Assembly (NCBI RefSeq): GCF_964355755.1
Contig: NC_092670.1
Span: forward strand, 26,026,795-26,090,794
Reading direction: 5' to 3'
Source: Antedon mediterranea
Lineage: Eukaryota > Animalia > Echinodermata
DNA: 64,000 nt
Each line of letters opens with the position of its first letter. The first letter of the stretch is position 1. The translations under genes were made by a program, and so were the position numbers. The notes beneath the pieces are model-generated. The model made no database searches, had not been told where the DNA came from, and saw only the letters and a program-made list of their open reading frames with translations. Positions 12,319-26,291 of the stretch are shown here, piece by piece.

Positions 12319-14207
12319 CTGAAATAATAACAATTATTGATAACCAAATACTTAATATAATTAATTGCTAAATTAATATAAAAAAACATACAACATAAAC
12401 TTTACTACATCACTAAAATTACCAACAATTTAGCACCAAACCTCACATAGATTTCATATGACATGATTTTGTTATCCACGTTATTGCACCCCATGTAACG
12501 TACATGTCTACCAATCGCGGTAACCGTTCACCAAGTTAGATTGGTGAACAAATTTGCTGAAAATGTTGTTACCGTTGCCAAATTGATGAATGTAATTTGC
12601 CTTCACTGAACCACAGACTGGGAACTGAAACCAGTAATGTGATTACCGAATACGCGATTGTCAATTCAGGGATGTAACGCTTCTACTACACAGTCAGTGA
12701 TCGAGATCAAGATGTGTTTATTAGGATCCTAAATAGTGAACTTTTCCATAATTAATGGACTCTACAAATTTATGTTTAATGGTTGGATCTACCAAGAGCA
12801 TATTCCTTGCTCTCTTCCTCGACCAACAAAATATTCGCGAAATGTGTTGAACTCATGAACTCAATTGTTAGTTGGTTGTCCGCTGTTCAGGCATAGTGAA
12901 AAAAAATACATCAGTACCGATTGGGTTCAGTCATATAGTTTGACAGAAAAATTAATAAAAATGAAAAAAATATTTATTGATTGTATGTACTTCGGTCTAA
13001 TACGATCTATGGTCAGCCTATATCCATCACTGCTGAGACTGACCGGGCCACACATACTATCCAATTGAGTGAAAAAACATGCAAGATGCTGATGTGGGAA
13101 GGTGGTATTGTGTTTCACGACATGTGACCCAAACAATCTAGGTAAACTTTGTATACGATCTTCTGTCTGCAGCCCTTCTGCAATCGACTGAACGTTGTAC
13201 ACAGTATTGAATATGACCTTGTTGTTGACATCCTTTCATCAACAGACTGAATGTTTCGAGTTCACTCGATCTTGCTTCTTCTACTACTACTTTTCATGTT
13301 TTACTGTCAGTAGTGCATGGTGATGTGCAGATCAGAGAGTTTTTTCGATTATCCCGATTTTTAATGCAGATCCCTGCCTCACTGAAAATTGGTTATTTTT
13401 TTGTCTAGGCAAGCTAGGCCTATCCTAGTGATTTTGCATAGAAAATAACTGAAATTAAAAATGTTCCCAAACAAACATGTTATTTCACAATTAACACTCC
13501 TGGCAACATTTCTTAGACCTTTGTTTCACAAATTAACAGCCATCTATCAACTGCAAAGCCAATCACACATGTGACATTATATTGTTGTATTGATGTCACA
13601 TGTAACAATATGTGTCAATATAGGTGGAAAAAGGACTGAACTTAAAAAAGAATTTTTAAATGCAAATGTCAGTGAAACACTTGTTTAGTGGAGGAAAACA
13701 ACAAACAATAACAAAATTATTGTAGGCCTAGATTGCTACGCTATACCACTCTGGAAAGTTGTCTGACATTACCCATTGTGTATTACTGACTGAACAATTC
13801 TAGACGCGACAAGTTTGTTGTTAGTTTATAAATTATCGGAAAATATTTGAATACATAATATCAGGCCGGATCCGAATGGCAAAAATATAAATTTCCAACA
13901 ATGAATTAGACTAGAGGGACGATGTTCCACCGGCGAACTAGCTACACTTCTAATAAATAAAGTAAAAACTAGATGTTCAGTTGATCATAATATCATTCTT
14001 GTTTATAAAAATAACACTCGACTTCGTGTATGAAAAGGGCAAAATGAAATCACATGTTTTTACGCTCGACTTCAGTATCGGTCGTTTTAACACAACGCTG
14101 TTTACAAATAGAAAAATATCGAAGAAATACTACTGTATGTAATGTTGACCGTGTGTATTTCGCTCTTGACTACACAGTACAGTATCGGAAGCCATGTCCA
14201 CAGCGAC

Positions 14208-14316
14208 AATGGAGATACAAAATAAAATAAGCAAAAAGCTAAATCAAAACGATAAAGTAAAACAGCCAGAAAAAGTAGCAGAGCTTTCGGGCAACACTAG
14301 CGATTCATCAGTGGGG
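14208..14316 (-). ncRNA. Minimal type I hammerhead ribozyme remnant in a Penelope-type terminal repeat (copy 1)
   Basis: Minus strand reads ca CTGATGA a tcgc tagtgtt gccc GAAA gcTC tgc, followed by ~70 nt shared with 17641-17745. The 5' arm of stem II is mutated. Confidence 0.7.
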
Positions 14317-15171
14317 CTTTACTACTTTTTTTGGCTGTTTATCTTTTAATTTAATACGCTATATACTAAACTTTAAAAAACAAAACAAATTCACAGACAT
14401 TACATTATGTCACGGACATTACAAATAAATATATAAAAACATTACCCATATATTGTTTTTAAATAAAAAATCCTAAAGGGTATGTTTATTAGATGTACTT
14501 TTTATGATTTGTGTGTGATGGGTTTTAGAATATTTCCTTTAATTATTAATTCCATTTTAGTACATTTGTTTGTGTTTTGTTATTTTTTTATAGTTCTAAT
14601 GCAAAAAACAAATTTCAAATTTCATATCCTCTTTTAATTTAATATGGTTTATATTTAAAATATTTAAAAAATAAAAAAGGAAGGATAAATACATTATTTT
14701 AATAATTTTAGAAGTTTTTAGAATACCGTTTTAATAGTACAAAGATCTTGTACCACATACCGTAGTAATATCTTTTCAACCAGTTGAGTTTTGTCAGAGA
14801 CTCTTTTTGCATTGACATTGTTGATTTTCTCAAATTGAAGACTTCTTGAGCTAGACCGTGACTGGTATGTTTTCATAACCAATTTTTATCAAGTATTACA
14901 AAATATAATCTAATAGGGCAGCTAGTGTATCTAAGGCCAGTAAGGTTGATGATATTTTATAACATATAAGTTGGGCCACTGCTTCTACGTTTAACAGGTA
15001 TCAATAAGCCGATTGATACTAATGAAAATGCATATGATGTTGCGGTATTAAAATAGAACAATAAAAGTAATGTTTTTTATGGTAACAAGGTTCTGTTTTG
15101 GACATGTTGTCCTTGTGTTTTTCAGCTTTAAAGTCTGGAACCCGGAAGTTGCGTTACTGATATGGTAGAAT

Positions 15172-15392
15172 TGAAAATTAAATGAGCCTTACCTGTTTGA
15201 GTTTGACAAATTCTACCATATCAGCCAGCAGTGGCACGTCTGGGTAAACATGCCCTACCTAAGTAACCGCTGTTAATTTAGACCACATTCGATCGTGCAC
15301 ACAAGGATACTGGTCGTGCCTCTCATGTTAACCCAGAAGTGCCACTGTTGAATCAAACTTCACCTTCCAGGTAAGGCTCATTTAATTTTCAA
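15172..15392. repeat. Small palindromic MITE-like element
   Basis: Perfect 24-bp inverted repeat tgaaaattaaatgagccttacctg / caggtaaggctcatttaattttca, plus an inner imperfect pair at 15226-15250 and 15326-15350. Confidence 0.6.
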
Positions 15393-15645
15393 AAGTGTAA
15401 AAAAATTGATTTTTAAAGAGAAGTAGTTACAAGCTTCAGCAGAATAAACAAATTTTGTGAAGCTGAAGAATAACAAGCGAGACAACATTTAGGATTAAAT
15501 AGATCATGCAAAATGAGATATGGATGTAAAATACGTGCTTTAAAAAAGTGCTTCTAGAGAGTTACAGCTCGACAAAACATATATAACACCAAAAAACTAT
15601 ATGATTGATGAGAAGGTAGTTGGGGTTTTCAATGTGATTTCTAAC

Positions 15646-15860
15646 CTTCAGTGGATAGTGGTCGTCGTATAAAGTTGTACTGCTGCTTGTGTCCACCCCT
15701 GAATCTTTGATCTGTGGTTCAGACCATTCCCCATCATCCTCGAAGGACTGGCCTTTTCCCGGACTAAAATGTAGTGGCCGCATTTTGTTTGAATCAATTT
15801 CAGTCTCAGAGAAGTGGCCAGGTGCGACCTGAGATTTGTTGCGGTAACTCTCTAGATCAC
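15646..15860 (-). CDS. RIMS2: RIMS exon, pre-PDZ linker
   Basis: Acceptor ttgtccttag|GT completes the split Gly (SEKG-DLESY, compare vertebrate SEKGDLD). Encodes ...KDSGVDTSSSTTLYDDHYPLK. Donor AAG|gttaga; 215 nt, phase 1 to 0, in frame with both neighbouring exons. Confidence 0.88.
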
Positions 15861-16680
15861 CTAAGGACAAGACACAAAATAACAATTGAAAAGATTAGCA
15901 AAAAAGACCAAGAATATTTGATTCTCACCGTAACAATAGTTTTTTGTTCAGAAGTGTGCCAGTTGTCTTCTAGAGAGTCCACTTCACCTAAGTATAAAAA
16001 AGCTTTTAAATTCGTATATATTCTCAAATGAAACCTATCAACTCATTAATATTTTTTAGTAAGGTGTTCAATAGGATTAATTGATTTTAAACAATTTGAA
16101 GCAAATGTATGTAATACACATATTAATTAATGTGTTACATATCATTTTATGATACTATACAAGAAGGTAAGCCTTGTTATGAAGTATATTATTATTTGTT
16201 ATACAGTAGGTTTCTAGAAAAGTTTTTAGAATACCGTTTTAATAGTACAAAGATCTTGTACCACATAGTAATATCTTTTCAACAAGTTGAGTTTTGTCAG
16301 AGAGTCTTTTTGCATTGACATTGTTGTTTTTTTTCAAATTGAAGACTTCTTGAGCTAGACAGTGACTGGTATGTTTTCATAACTCTTCATATAATAAACC
16401 AATTTTTATCAAGTATTACAAAAATATAATCTAATAGAGCAGCTTTTAATTTTGTATATATTCTCAAATGAAACCTATCAACTCATTAATATTTTTTAGT
16501 AAGGTGTTCAATAGGATTGATTGATTTTAAACAATTTGAAGCAAATGTATGTAATACGTGTTACATTCCATTTTATGATACTATACAACAAGGTAAGCCT
16601 TGATATCAAGTATATTTGTTATACAGTAGGTTTCAATGGAAAATTGGTTTCAAACTTATATTCAATTAATTTCTTAAAAT

Positions 16681-17280
16681 CAGGGGCGGATCTAGGATTT
16701 TGATAAAGAGGGGGCCCGATATGAGAAAAATAATCGTCTAGGGGGATCCGGGGGCGGGGTCCGGGGGCGTGGTCCGGGGGTACTGAAGCGTTTTGGCCAG
16801 TCGGTTCTTGTCAAATAATTATCTGAATATAGTGGGTTTTATAGACCATATTTAATATATGGAACTGGTTTTTTTTTGCGCCTAAAGTCTGTTTTCCTGT
16901 TGCGAATTTTTACACATTTTTTATGCGATCATTAATGGTTTCTTGGTTATTATGACATCAAGTTTTGCAAAGCCAACGCCGGTCACACGCACAGCCGGGC
17001 CCGTGTGAAAATTGAACAAGTTACGGGTTTTGATTTATAGACCATATTTAATATACGGAAATGTTTTTTTTTTTTGCGCCTGAAGTCCGTTTTCCGGTTG
17101 CGAATTTTTACACATTTTTTACGCAATCGTTAATGGTTTCTTGGTTCTTTCGACGTTGCTGGGACACATGGACGTGAAGTTTTGCAAAGCCAAGGCCGGT
17201 CACACGCAGCCTGGCCCGTGTGAAAATTGAACAAGTTACGAGTTTTGATACTTCAACCCAGCCGACCTAGAACATTTTTT
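16681..17280 (+). mobile_element. hAT-like MITE left part with an internal ~195-bp tandem duplication
   Basis: Starts caggggcggatctagga, like other hAT-type TIRs in the window. 16835-17030 is repeated at 17030-17250. No right TIR found. Confidence 0.55.
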
Positions 17281-17640
17281 CGCTGATATCTTAATCTAGT
17301 CTTTACACTAAAGACAAACAATTGTTTTTATATTAAAATTTAGTTTTACTTACACTTGTTATTTTGAAATATCAGGCTTTAAAATTAAGAAGAATTGTCA
17401 GCGCGTACGTATTTTTTCACAAACAATGATGACATAATTTATGAACTATTTGATTGGTCAGTCAGTTTTACCGATCGTAATGTTGAAGTTGAACTCGGTT
17501 CAACTTTTAAAAAAATTGAAGATTTTAACGATTTTTAATGTTGATTTGTACCCCCTTTTCCTGTAAAATCGTTGATATAATCGTATGTAAATGGGTGCTA
17601 AATGTGTTTTATATACATACATATATTTATCATATAACTT

Positions 17641-17745
17641 GCACTGATGAAGGGCTAGTGTTGCCCAAAAGCTCTGCTAACTTTTCTGGCTGTTTACTTT
17701 ATCGTTTTGATTTAGCTTTTCGCTTTTTTTGTTGTATCTCCATTG
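17641..17745 (+). ncRNA. Minimal type I hammerhead ribozyme remnant (copy 2)
   Basis: gca CTGATGA a gggc tagtgtt gccc aAAA gcTC tgc: stem I (gca/tgc) and stem II (gggc/gccc) intact, GAAA mutated to AAAA. Confidence 0.7.
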
Positions 17746-20700
17746 AGATCCAGCCACTGATACCCACAGCATTGTCATTTTTTTCAGTAATTTGCCTTTG
17801 GATTTATATTTATCATATAAGATATATCAGATATTTTTACTTTATTAATGATGTTCCTCCTGATGAAATATTAATGTATACATATATTTTATACAGTTGA
17901 TGCCGCCTAAGTCGAATCTAAGGGGACTGGTATAAAAATTTGAGTTATGCAAACTTCGACTTACAGATTTGTAAAAAAATGCTAGGCCATAGGCCCACTC
18001 ACTAACTCACTCACTAACTGCGCTACGGCTAGGCCTAGCCTAGTAGACCCTGTCACGATCGCGGCCCACACGTTTGCCTAATTGAATTGAGTTTGCTTAG
18101 CTAGCTAGGCCTAATAAATGCTAAGCCTCCTTTATCGGCAATGACAAACTGTATTTTCTTTAATATGGTTTAAGCCGGCAGTAACAATAAGAAAACATAT
18201 AAAAAAGACATTCCGGTTCTTATTCGAAAACGGTATCCATTGTTTATTGCCATCTGTCTAGCACAAAATAGGTACCCACAAACGCCGCTCAATTTCTCAA
18301 CGCTATCAAACAACTCACAGATATATACTAGTGTGCGAGTTATAAGTTCGCCGCCTATGATATACAACCTGCTTGAGAGAACCGATATTGTCCTACATTA
18401 TCACCTCTGTTGTTTGTTTATCAATTTACGTACGTTTCATCGGCTTTTTCAGTGCGTTGTTGCCCCGTGATTTATGACTTCGGCTTATACAATATAAATC
18501 ACTAAAGAATGTGTGTATTCGGACCGCAAAAAGACGTCGACTTAGGGCCTGTTCGTAGGGGTTGAAAATACCAGCTTATTCCCGATTTCCGTTCGCGTGA
18601 TCCAATTAACTTTTGCCTCAGGCTACAAAAAATTCGAGGCAAAATGTTCACCAAATTTGCAGGTTATTTCAGCGATAATCCAATTATACTCGGCCTTCGA
18701 GGATAATAAATCTCCGATAGAGGCAATGTGTCAAATTTTGACAAACGTTCGCTGCCTAGGCCCGTCATTTCTCCTACGAAGTTCTTCCATACACGCTTCG
18801 AGAGCGATCGTCAGCTGGTGCTGTCCTTGTTGGTGTAGACCGCTTAGTAGGCCTAGCTGGTCGGTGGTGTTTCCGTCGTGTAACATTGGGCTCAAATTCT
18901 TCGTCAATGAGTAAAATAATGGTCGTCAGGAGAAGGAATATTTCGGCAGGATTATCGGCGTTAAGAGGCATAAGGTTTGTCGCAAGGATAAGCAGTGTAA
19001 AAGGTAGCAAGTAATTGTTATTGTAAAGAAAGATCGCGAGTGAAAAATATACAACACGAAACTAGCGTGCGAAAATGGGGTCGTAGGTTGTAAAGACAAC
19101 TGACCTTAAAACGTAATTTCCGGTTTGTGATTCGTCGATTAAGCATTTAAGCGGTTAAATATTTCAAGTACGAACAACGCTCAATTTATAACCCGAGGCA
19201 TGGGTGAAATTAAGCGCTTATTTTAACCACCGTACGAACACGACCTTAGACGAATGACCGTGTTTGGTGAGAACATTTAATGATCTAGGCAATTCATGCC
19301 TCGTCTCTACTCTTCCTTTTCTGTATCCGGAATCAATACACTTATCACCAGAATCAATGGTTACTGTTACTTTTACATTATGAATATGTCTCTCAAAAGT
19401 TTCTTTAGTCTTCACTCTATAATCGTGTTGGGAATTTTGACCATTATATCACAACATTTTTTGACATGATGATGATTAATTAATTTTAGAAAGGCCCTCT
19501 CTCAGCACAGAAGCATCAATGTTTTGCGCAAAAATATAAGCATAAAGTATAGGTCATTTTATAGCTGTTTAATAACATTAGTAGGCAAAAAATAACCATA
19601 TATGGTAAGATCAGTTCCATATATGTGTAAGATGCCGCAGGAAAGATAATTAATTCAGCAAGCACATACTGAAATTTGAGCGAAAATCAGGCTCAAATAA
19701 CCAAGATGCACTCTGCTGGATGAAACCTACAAAAAATCCTAATTTTTAAATTCAAGTGGCCATTTGATGACGTCACAACATTTTGTACGTCAAATGTGTA
19801 CATTTATAATCTACAACTCAATGGCTTCCAGAATAAGTTTTAAAAATTGGGGGTCACCTTACATTCTGAAGAGTTATTTTCATTTTAAAAAGGCCCTATT
19901 TTTTACCATTTTCAGCACTTTTGTGAAATTATTGTGTGCATTTTGTCAGTTTTAACGTGCTCGTATAGCGTTATCTTAAGTCGGAATGGACTCAAGTCAT
20001 TTGAGTCATTATTTTACTCAAAACATGAAAAAAAAATTTTTTTTATTTTAGTGAATAACAAATATTTTTGTAACATATTATGCTTGATTTTTTTCAAACA
20101 AATTTTTAAAACTGCCCTAACATTTTGGGAGTGGATATCAAAAACAAATTTTTAATTTGCATTCATAAGCACACCTTCAAATTGAGAAACCATAACATCA
20201 GGGTCAACATTTAAACTATATTTTTTATTTGAATGAATAACAAGTACTTTTGTAACTACTATATGGGAGTGGTACATAGGGTACGCATGGGAGGCACAAT
20301 AAATTATTTTTTACTAACTCTATGATATTAATTAATTACATGCTTATAATAATTAAAGGCCATGCTAACTTGTAACTCTGTTATTAATCGTCTGAGTACC
20401 TTAATAAAAACATAAGTTTTACTTTAAAAATCCCATTCCATAAAACAAATAATGCTTAAAGCTGTCATCAAGACAACCACTGTCGCTGCTAAAAATTTCC
20501 CATGCCTAATATGAGTCCAGTCGGTTTCTAAATATAAAGCTGAACTTGGTAAAGGTACCGCTGCCCTGGGGTACACAAAGAGATGCCGAAAAAACCATGT
20601 GACTGTGTCCATTCTCGTTGACGCTCACCGGCTTTATGTTTGTTTTTGTACAAGTAGCTCTCTAACAATTGCAGTTTTTTAAAAAACATTATTTAATATA

Positions 20701-23363
20701 GATTACCACAATATTTCTTTTTTATTAACAAATTAAATTAGTAAAAAAACAAGTAAACTGGGTTTATCTCAGGACAGCCATCATCTTCATTTTAATTAAT
20801 CCTTTCTGGAAACAATTCAGAAAAGACCTCATAAATGTGAATTATATTAAAAATAATTAGGTTTTTTTCGATGATGCAACAATGGATGTTTCAATCCTTA
20901 ATGTTATAGGAGGTAACTATTGATCAGATCTTCTGCATAAAACGAAACACGCATTGTCTATGCAGGAGTGCATATTACACTCATCAGCTAGGAAACCATT
21001 AACATAATACAAAATGAAAACAACTTAACTTGATCAGAAACATGTTAATTGAAAAGAATGGTGTAGAGTAAGAAAGTGTGGTAATAATATAAAGATAAGA
21101 AATTAACTCGCTGTTAGTATGGCGTATTACTGAAGATGAGGTGTGATTTACTAATGATCAAAGTAGCCGCGGCGATGCAGCAAAGGGTGTGGCACATAAG
21201 TAACCCGTTTTTAAATGCAGCGGCTAGTTAGATCATGAGTACAAACAATTCAACACATTTATCAATATTAATGAAATAATAATTTACCGTCTGTTACGAA
21301 TTATAGCGAAATTATCACATTACATTATTACTGACGAATTCTAAATTAATATGTTGAAAATCCACCAATACGCAAAATATTAAGATTGTGGCAGAGAAGT
21401 CCCAAACAATTAATCCCACTATCTGTGAGATCATCCAAACAGTCCCTTTCAATCACAATTATCCCAAAATTACGACCTCGATCCTGATAATAAATCCCAT
21501 CAGGATTCGGCTATCCCGTCTAGATATCATTTTATTTTTCATGGGGGCGTCGTTATTTTTATTATGGCTTTTATTTTCATAATCTTTGGCAAAACAAAAT
21601 TAGAATTGGAAGTTGATTGCAAATTATATTGATATAAAATGTAAAGGAGAAAAACATTGATAAATAAAATTTAACAATATTACTATATACAGACTAAAAG
21701 CATTGCAATGCAAAACATCAAAGGATCTTAATAACTTGAGTTTCTTTATCATGATGTTCTATATGAACCTGCAAAAAAAGTTGTAACATGATCTTGTTTA
21801 TCATATTAATTCTGGTTAAAGTGCTCTCAGAGAGCATGTTAATTATCATGATCTTACAAAGTTATGATATATTAGACACCATTATATGCAGAGACGAAAT
21901 TCAACAAATCAGCGCTTGGTTATTTACTGGGTCATCGGCCACCCACCAGAAGAAGTCACCATTGTTGTTTTGATTTCACTGACCCCAGCTTCAACAATTA
22001 GTTGTTTTTATTGCTGAGGTTTAACCCACTATATCGTTTCGGACATCAAGTTTTTGACGATTAAAGAATAAAATACCTGATCGAAATCGGGAGAACAGAA
22101 ACTATATAGTCGTACAACCCACATGGCATGCACGACCTTACGGAAGGCTGACACATCTCATTTCACATTAAGTTGTGGTAAGTGTTTTAAAGTGCATGTT
22201 CATATGAGTCAAAATCTTGACCCAGTATCTTACAAGCGCGTTTCTGTATACATTCTAATTCTTTGGATTGTGCATCAGAATTTAATGCAAAATGCCGCAC
22301 AGGGCAAGCATATTCAGTGATAGGTCTAATATGGCTGACAATTGCATTTCTTTGGAAAATATGAACTTTTAATGTTGCATCATTATTTTATATAAACTAT
22401 ACTGTACGTACCATATATATATAAAAGTATGTGGGCCTGGTCACTAGGGAGTAATGCTCCTACCCTGGAATATGTACATAATACTGTAGTTTAGTTTAGT
22501 TTATGATTAAATTTTTGTTTTTTACAGTAGGCCAGACTATATTTACACAAAATGTTTACTTATGATTGTTAAACAAACAATATTATAAATCATTATATCT
22601 GAAGAAAAAACAATGATTAAAACTGTTACGTCAAAATCCATGAGGGAAAAATAATATTAATATTTGCAGTGATTATAATTATTAGCGTTTATTACAGTAC
22701 CGGAAGTACTGTCATGGGGGATTGTTAGTCACATGTGTTTTTCCAGCGTTTTGCTGTTTTCTTAAGGGAGCTATGCAGTACCATTTCGAGCCATCTAGGT
22801 GTCATTTAACAAAATTAAGTAACACTTTAATTTGTTTTCAGTGTTTTTAAAACATTATTACAAAGAATTCATATTACATTTCTGTATTATAACAATTTTC
22901 ATTCAAGGACAAATGCCAATTTCAAGGACTTTTAGGAATTTAAGAACACGTACGAACCCTGAATAGTACTTTTTTTCACATACCTCACTTGTCTCGCACT
23001 TTTGTTGACCTCAAATTCATTCATTCATACACAATGATCATGCATTATCCAAAAATTGTGGGTGGAATAGAACTAGTTTTTAGTAGGCGTGGTATTGGAG
23101 TAAGTACCCTTGGCCTAAAAGTTATTTTTAGATTTCTACACTTCTATGATTCTAAGTAATTGCTCTACCAACATAAACAGGTATCATTTACGCAATTTAC
23201 GACCAGCATGGCACCCTCGTCTACGTCTAGGGGAACAATTAATATTAGAAAGCCACATTCGATTATTACAGGGAAGCTACTGTATATGTATACCTTATTG
23301 AGTTACTACTATTTAGTTATAGAATGCTATTTACTTTATATAACTACTGTATGTAGCTATTAT

Positions 23364-24539
23364 CAGTGGCGTATCCAGGATTTTGAAGTCGGGGGAGCCG
23401 GGAATTGCCAATTTGCCGACAAAATCAGTGTCATTACCTGTACTGTTCTAGGATTGCAGTCATGTTGTCTTATAGGGATAACGATGCAAAATTAAAACCA
23501 AATTAAACATTATCTGTTAGTAGTTGTATTAATATTACAATAAAGAAAGAATTACGAAAATCTGACTTGTAGTTTTCGAAATATAGGGTCTAAAACATCG
23601 CCGAAAATGATCGTTTTTAGCCACGAAAGAAGTAAAACAATTTGTGGCCTCAGTCGACAATTCTATTTGAACTGTGCCATTTTTGATTAAAATAATTACA
23701 TATAATACGTTTTTTAGTAATTTATTTTATATATCACCATTGGAAATATCAATAAAACATGTTATTAAATGCTTATAAAATATATAAAGTTGTTTAATTA
23801 ACGGAATTCGGACAAATTCATTGTTCTAACTTTATGTAGTACCGATCAGAGAGACCATGTGACTTTATGGTACATGCGCGAGAGAAAACATTCCGCTGCC
23901 GGTGATTCGCATTCACCAATCAAATCAGCCAGAATCCAAAATCATTCAACCGTGAGCAATGCCAATCACGGGAAAGCCCAGCTTTGATTGGCTTACGATG
24001 ACATCATATCACAAAATGGTGGTTTTGTAGTTGAGCCTCGCGGACTATTCTGTTCCAAAAATGAAATACATGAATATTTTGGTATGTTTGCTTTTTCTTT
24101 AAAAAAATTTGAATAATAAAGGCCTCATATCGAGAAAAAAAACGGGGTTTTGGCACTTAAAATAAATGTAATATGTTAGAGAAAAAAGCACATGGCATGT
24201 GGAACTATATAATCTTAGCGTAGGAAGACATAAAAATCCCAAGTCATGAGAGCCTCAACTACAAAAACAATCTAGCGCGTACGGCCGTACGTGCTAGATG
24301 ATAAGATTTTTTACGTGTTTGGTTAGATGTAATGAAAATAAAAAATAGTTGATTTGAAGGGAATGATATGATATGTAAATTAATAAACAAACACTCAAAA
24401 TAATTTGGTTGTTGTTTACAGTTCAATTATTGTCAGAATAATAGTTTATTCTTATTTGCCCCGGCACCTTTATTTGCCGACGGACGCGATGATGTGCCAA
24501 CGGACGGGCCCCCCTCCCACCCCACTGGATACGCCACTG
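23364..24539. mobile_element. Non-autonomous hAT element
   Basis: 15-bp TIRs cagtggcgtatccag / ctggatacgccactg and an exact 8-bp TSD gctattat. Confidence 0.92.
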
Positions 24540-24610
24540 GCTATTATTGAGTTGAGTACCTTATTACTTCTATTATAATAGATCTATTGCGTTACTGCTA
24601 ATTAATAGAA

Positions 24611-26090
24611 CTAGATGGTACGCTCGCGTACCATCTAGGTCGTGCCCACAGATGGTTCTCGAATACACAGTAATTCCAGCGAGAAAAAAATGGAAATTTC
24701 AAATGTACGTACCGCAGGACTATAATACATCGTCGTTTACAGAAACGACTAAATAGACACAACAATTTATGTAGTCAACTAAAATTAGCACCCTGGGAAT
24801 TACTTCCGAGAGAGAGAAACTTGTCACAAAATGTTTTTATTTGGACTCATTTAAACAAATCCAATTTGTGTTTTATATGTAACATTAGGGTTGAGGGATG
24901 GTGAAGAGGATAGGTAAAAAGAAGAACAATTTTTAAATATATTCTTATCCAATCAGTAACGAAATATTTTTTATGTTTAGTAGGCCTATAAATAATATAC
25001 CACTAAATACAATAAAACGTTTGCGATTTAATACTTTGTTAAAACTCTCACTGTCCTAGTCGATTGAAATAGTAAAGTACATGTAACGATACACCACGTT
25101 TATATATTTCTTTAATTATTAATTAATACAAACGTTGAGAAGCAACTGTCAGTAATAAAGTTTATTTATTTGTATATTATGTGTTTATAATCTAACAGTA
25201 GGACCTACCCACATTCACAGTAATCACTGTCCTAGTCGATTGAAATAGTAAAGTACATGTAACGATACACCACTACGACGTTTATATATTTTTTTAATTA
25301 TTAATTAATACAAACGTTGAGAAGCAACTGTCAGTAATAAAGTTTATTTATTTGTATATTATGTGTTTATATATCTAACAGTAGGGGCTACCTACACTCA
25401 CAGTATTAAAGTTTATTTGTATTTGTTTTATATTATATCTAACAGAACCAACACTCACAGTAAGAAATTTGCGATTCAAATGGCGATCAAAAGTGGTTAT
25501 AACTATTTACAGTATTGTACAGCATTGCAATACTATTTATGTTTATTCTCCAAGGGCCCATAAATTTACCTACTTGTGTTAAATCTTAGAGGTAAGCCTA
25601 TACCTCTATGGTTAAACCAAATAATTTGGAATGTTACATTCATCGCAAACCAATACATTTGTATAAACGTATATTAAATCTATCAAAATAGTATTTTTTT
25701 AAGAAAATCGGTCTGTCTTCAACATTATGATGCTGTACCCGAGCTGTTCAACCGGTTTTCAGCTATTAAAAACAATTATCTTAGGAGGAGATAGGAAAAT
25801 GCGAAGCATCCTAGTATTATTGTGTGCGGGTATTTTTCAAGATTGACATCCATTAGACAGTGTATACCACGATCAGGAAACACCCTATTTGGGGCAAATC
25901 GTTGAACCTAAATTCGTTTTAATTGTCACTAACTAATTATCTAACTCAATTTAATTAGTAAACAGGGTTACATCAGGTGGTTAAAATCAGTACCGAAAGG
26001 ACGAACCAACTTTACATACCATTGAGTAAACATTCTAGAAATAACGCGCGATTTACCGAATTTTGCCCTTACGTAAATTTATATATGATG
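24611..26090. repeat. Dispersed repeat, probably Helitron-related (copy 1)
   Basis: Collinear with 59190-60540. The left end is a hairpin plus ctag (ctagatggtacgctcgcgtaccatctag). Internal ~177-bp tandem duplication at 25048-25400. Confidence 0.7.
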
Positions 26091-26291
26091 CTACTTTACA
26101 GAATAGTGATCAACCTCAGAATAGCACTTTTGGTGTTAGATGATAGGTGGGATGCGACTAGTCCGCATTTAATGATAGACGGTAGTGTAAAAATGGTTAT
26201 GAAACCAACTTGGCATTTTGGTTGGTGATCGTGGTCAGGGCCGTAACCAGGTTTGACGGCGGGGTGGATCGTTAAGTTGTTTAGTGGAACC

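Larger units (their letters stand above)
14709..16634. repeat. Local tandem duplication, A-exon-B followed by A'-B'
   Basis: 14709-14923 matches 16215-16444, and 16001-16214 matches 16441-16634. Confidence 0.85.

Noticed and set aside
13225-13285. Minus-strand gaagaagcaag...cgaaacattcagtc resembling a Penelope hammerhead
   Set aside because: The CUGA core is missing and stem II is ambiguous.
18774-19010. Signal-peptide-like ORF in a CpG-richer patch; considered as an alternative RIMS first exon or a 2A-like LINE N-terminus
   Set aside because: TTG start, no NPGP motif, no convincing in-frame donor and no recognisable homology.
20424-20612. Sense-strand ATG ORF with a hydrophobic stretch as a possible RIM-beta first exon
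   Set aside because: The stop codon precedes the nearest downstream GT and there is no similarity to RIM.
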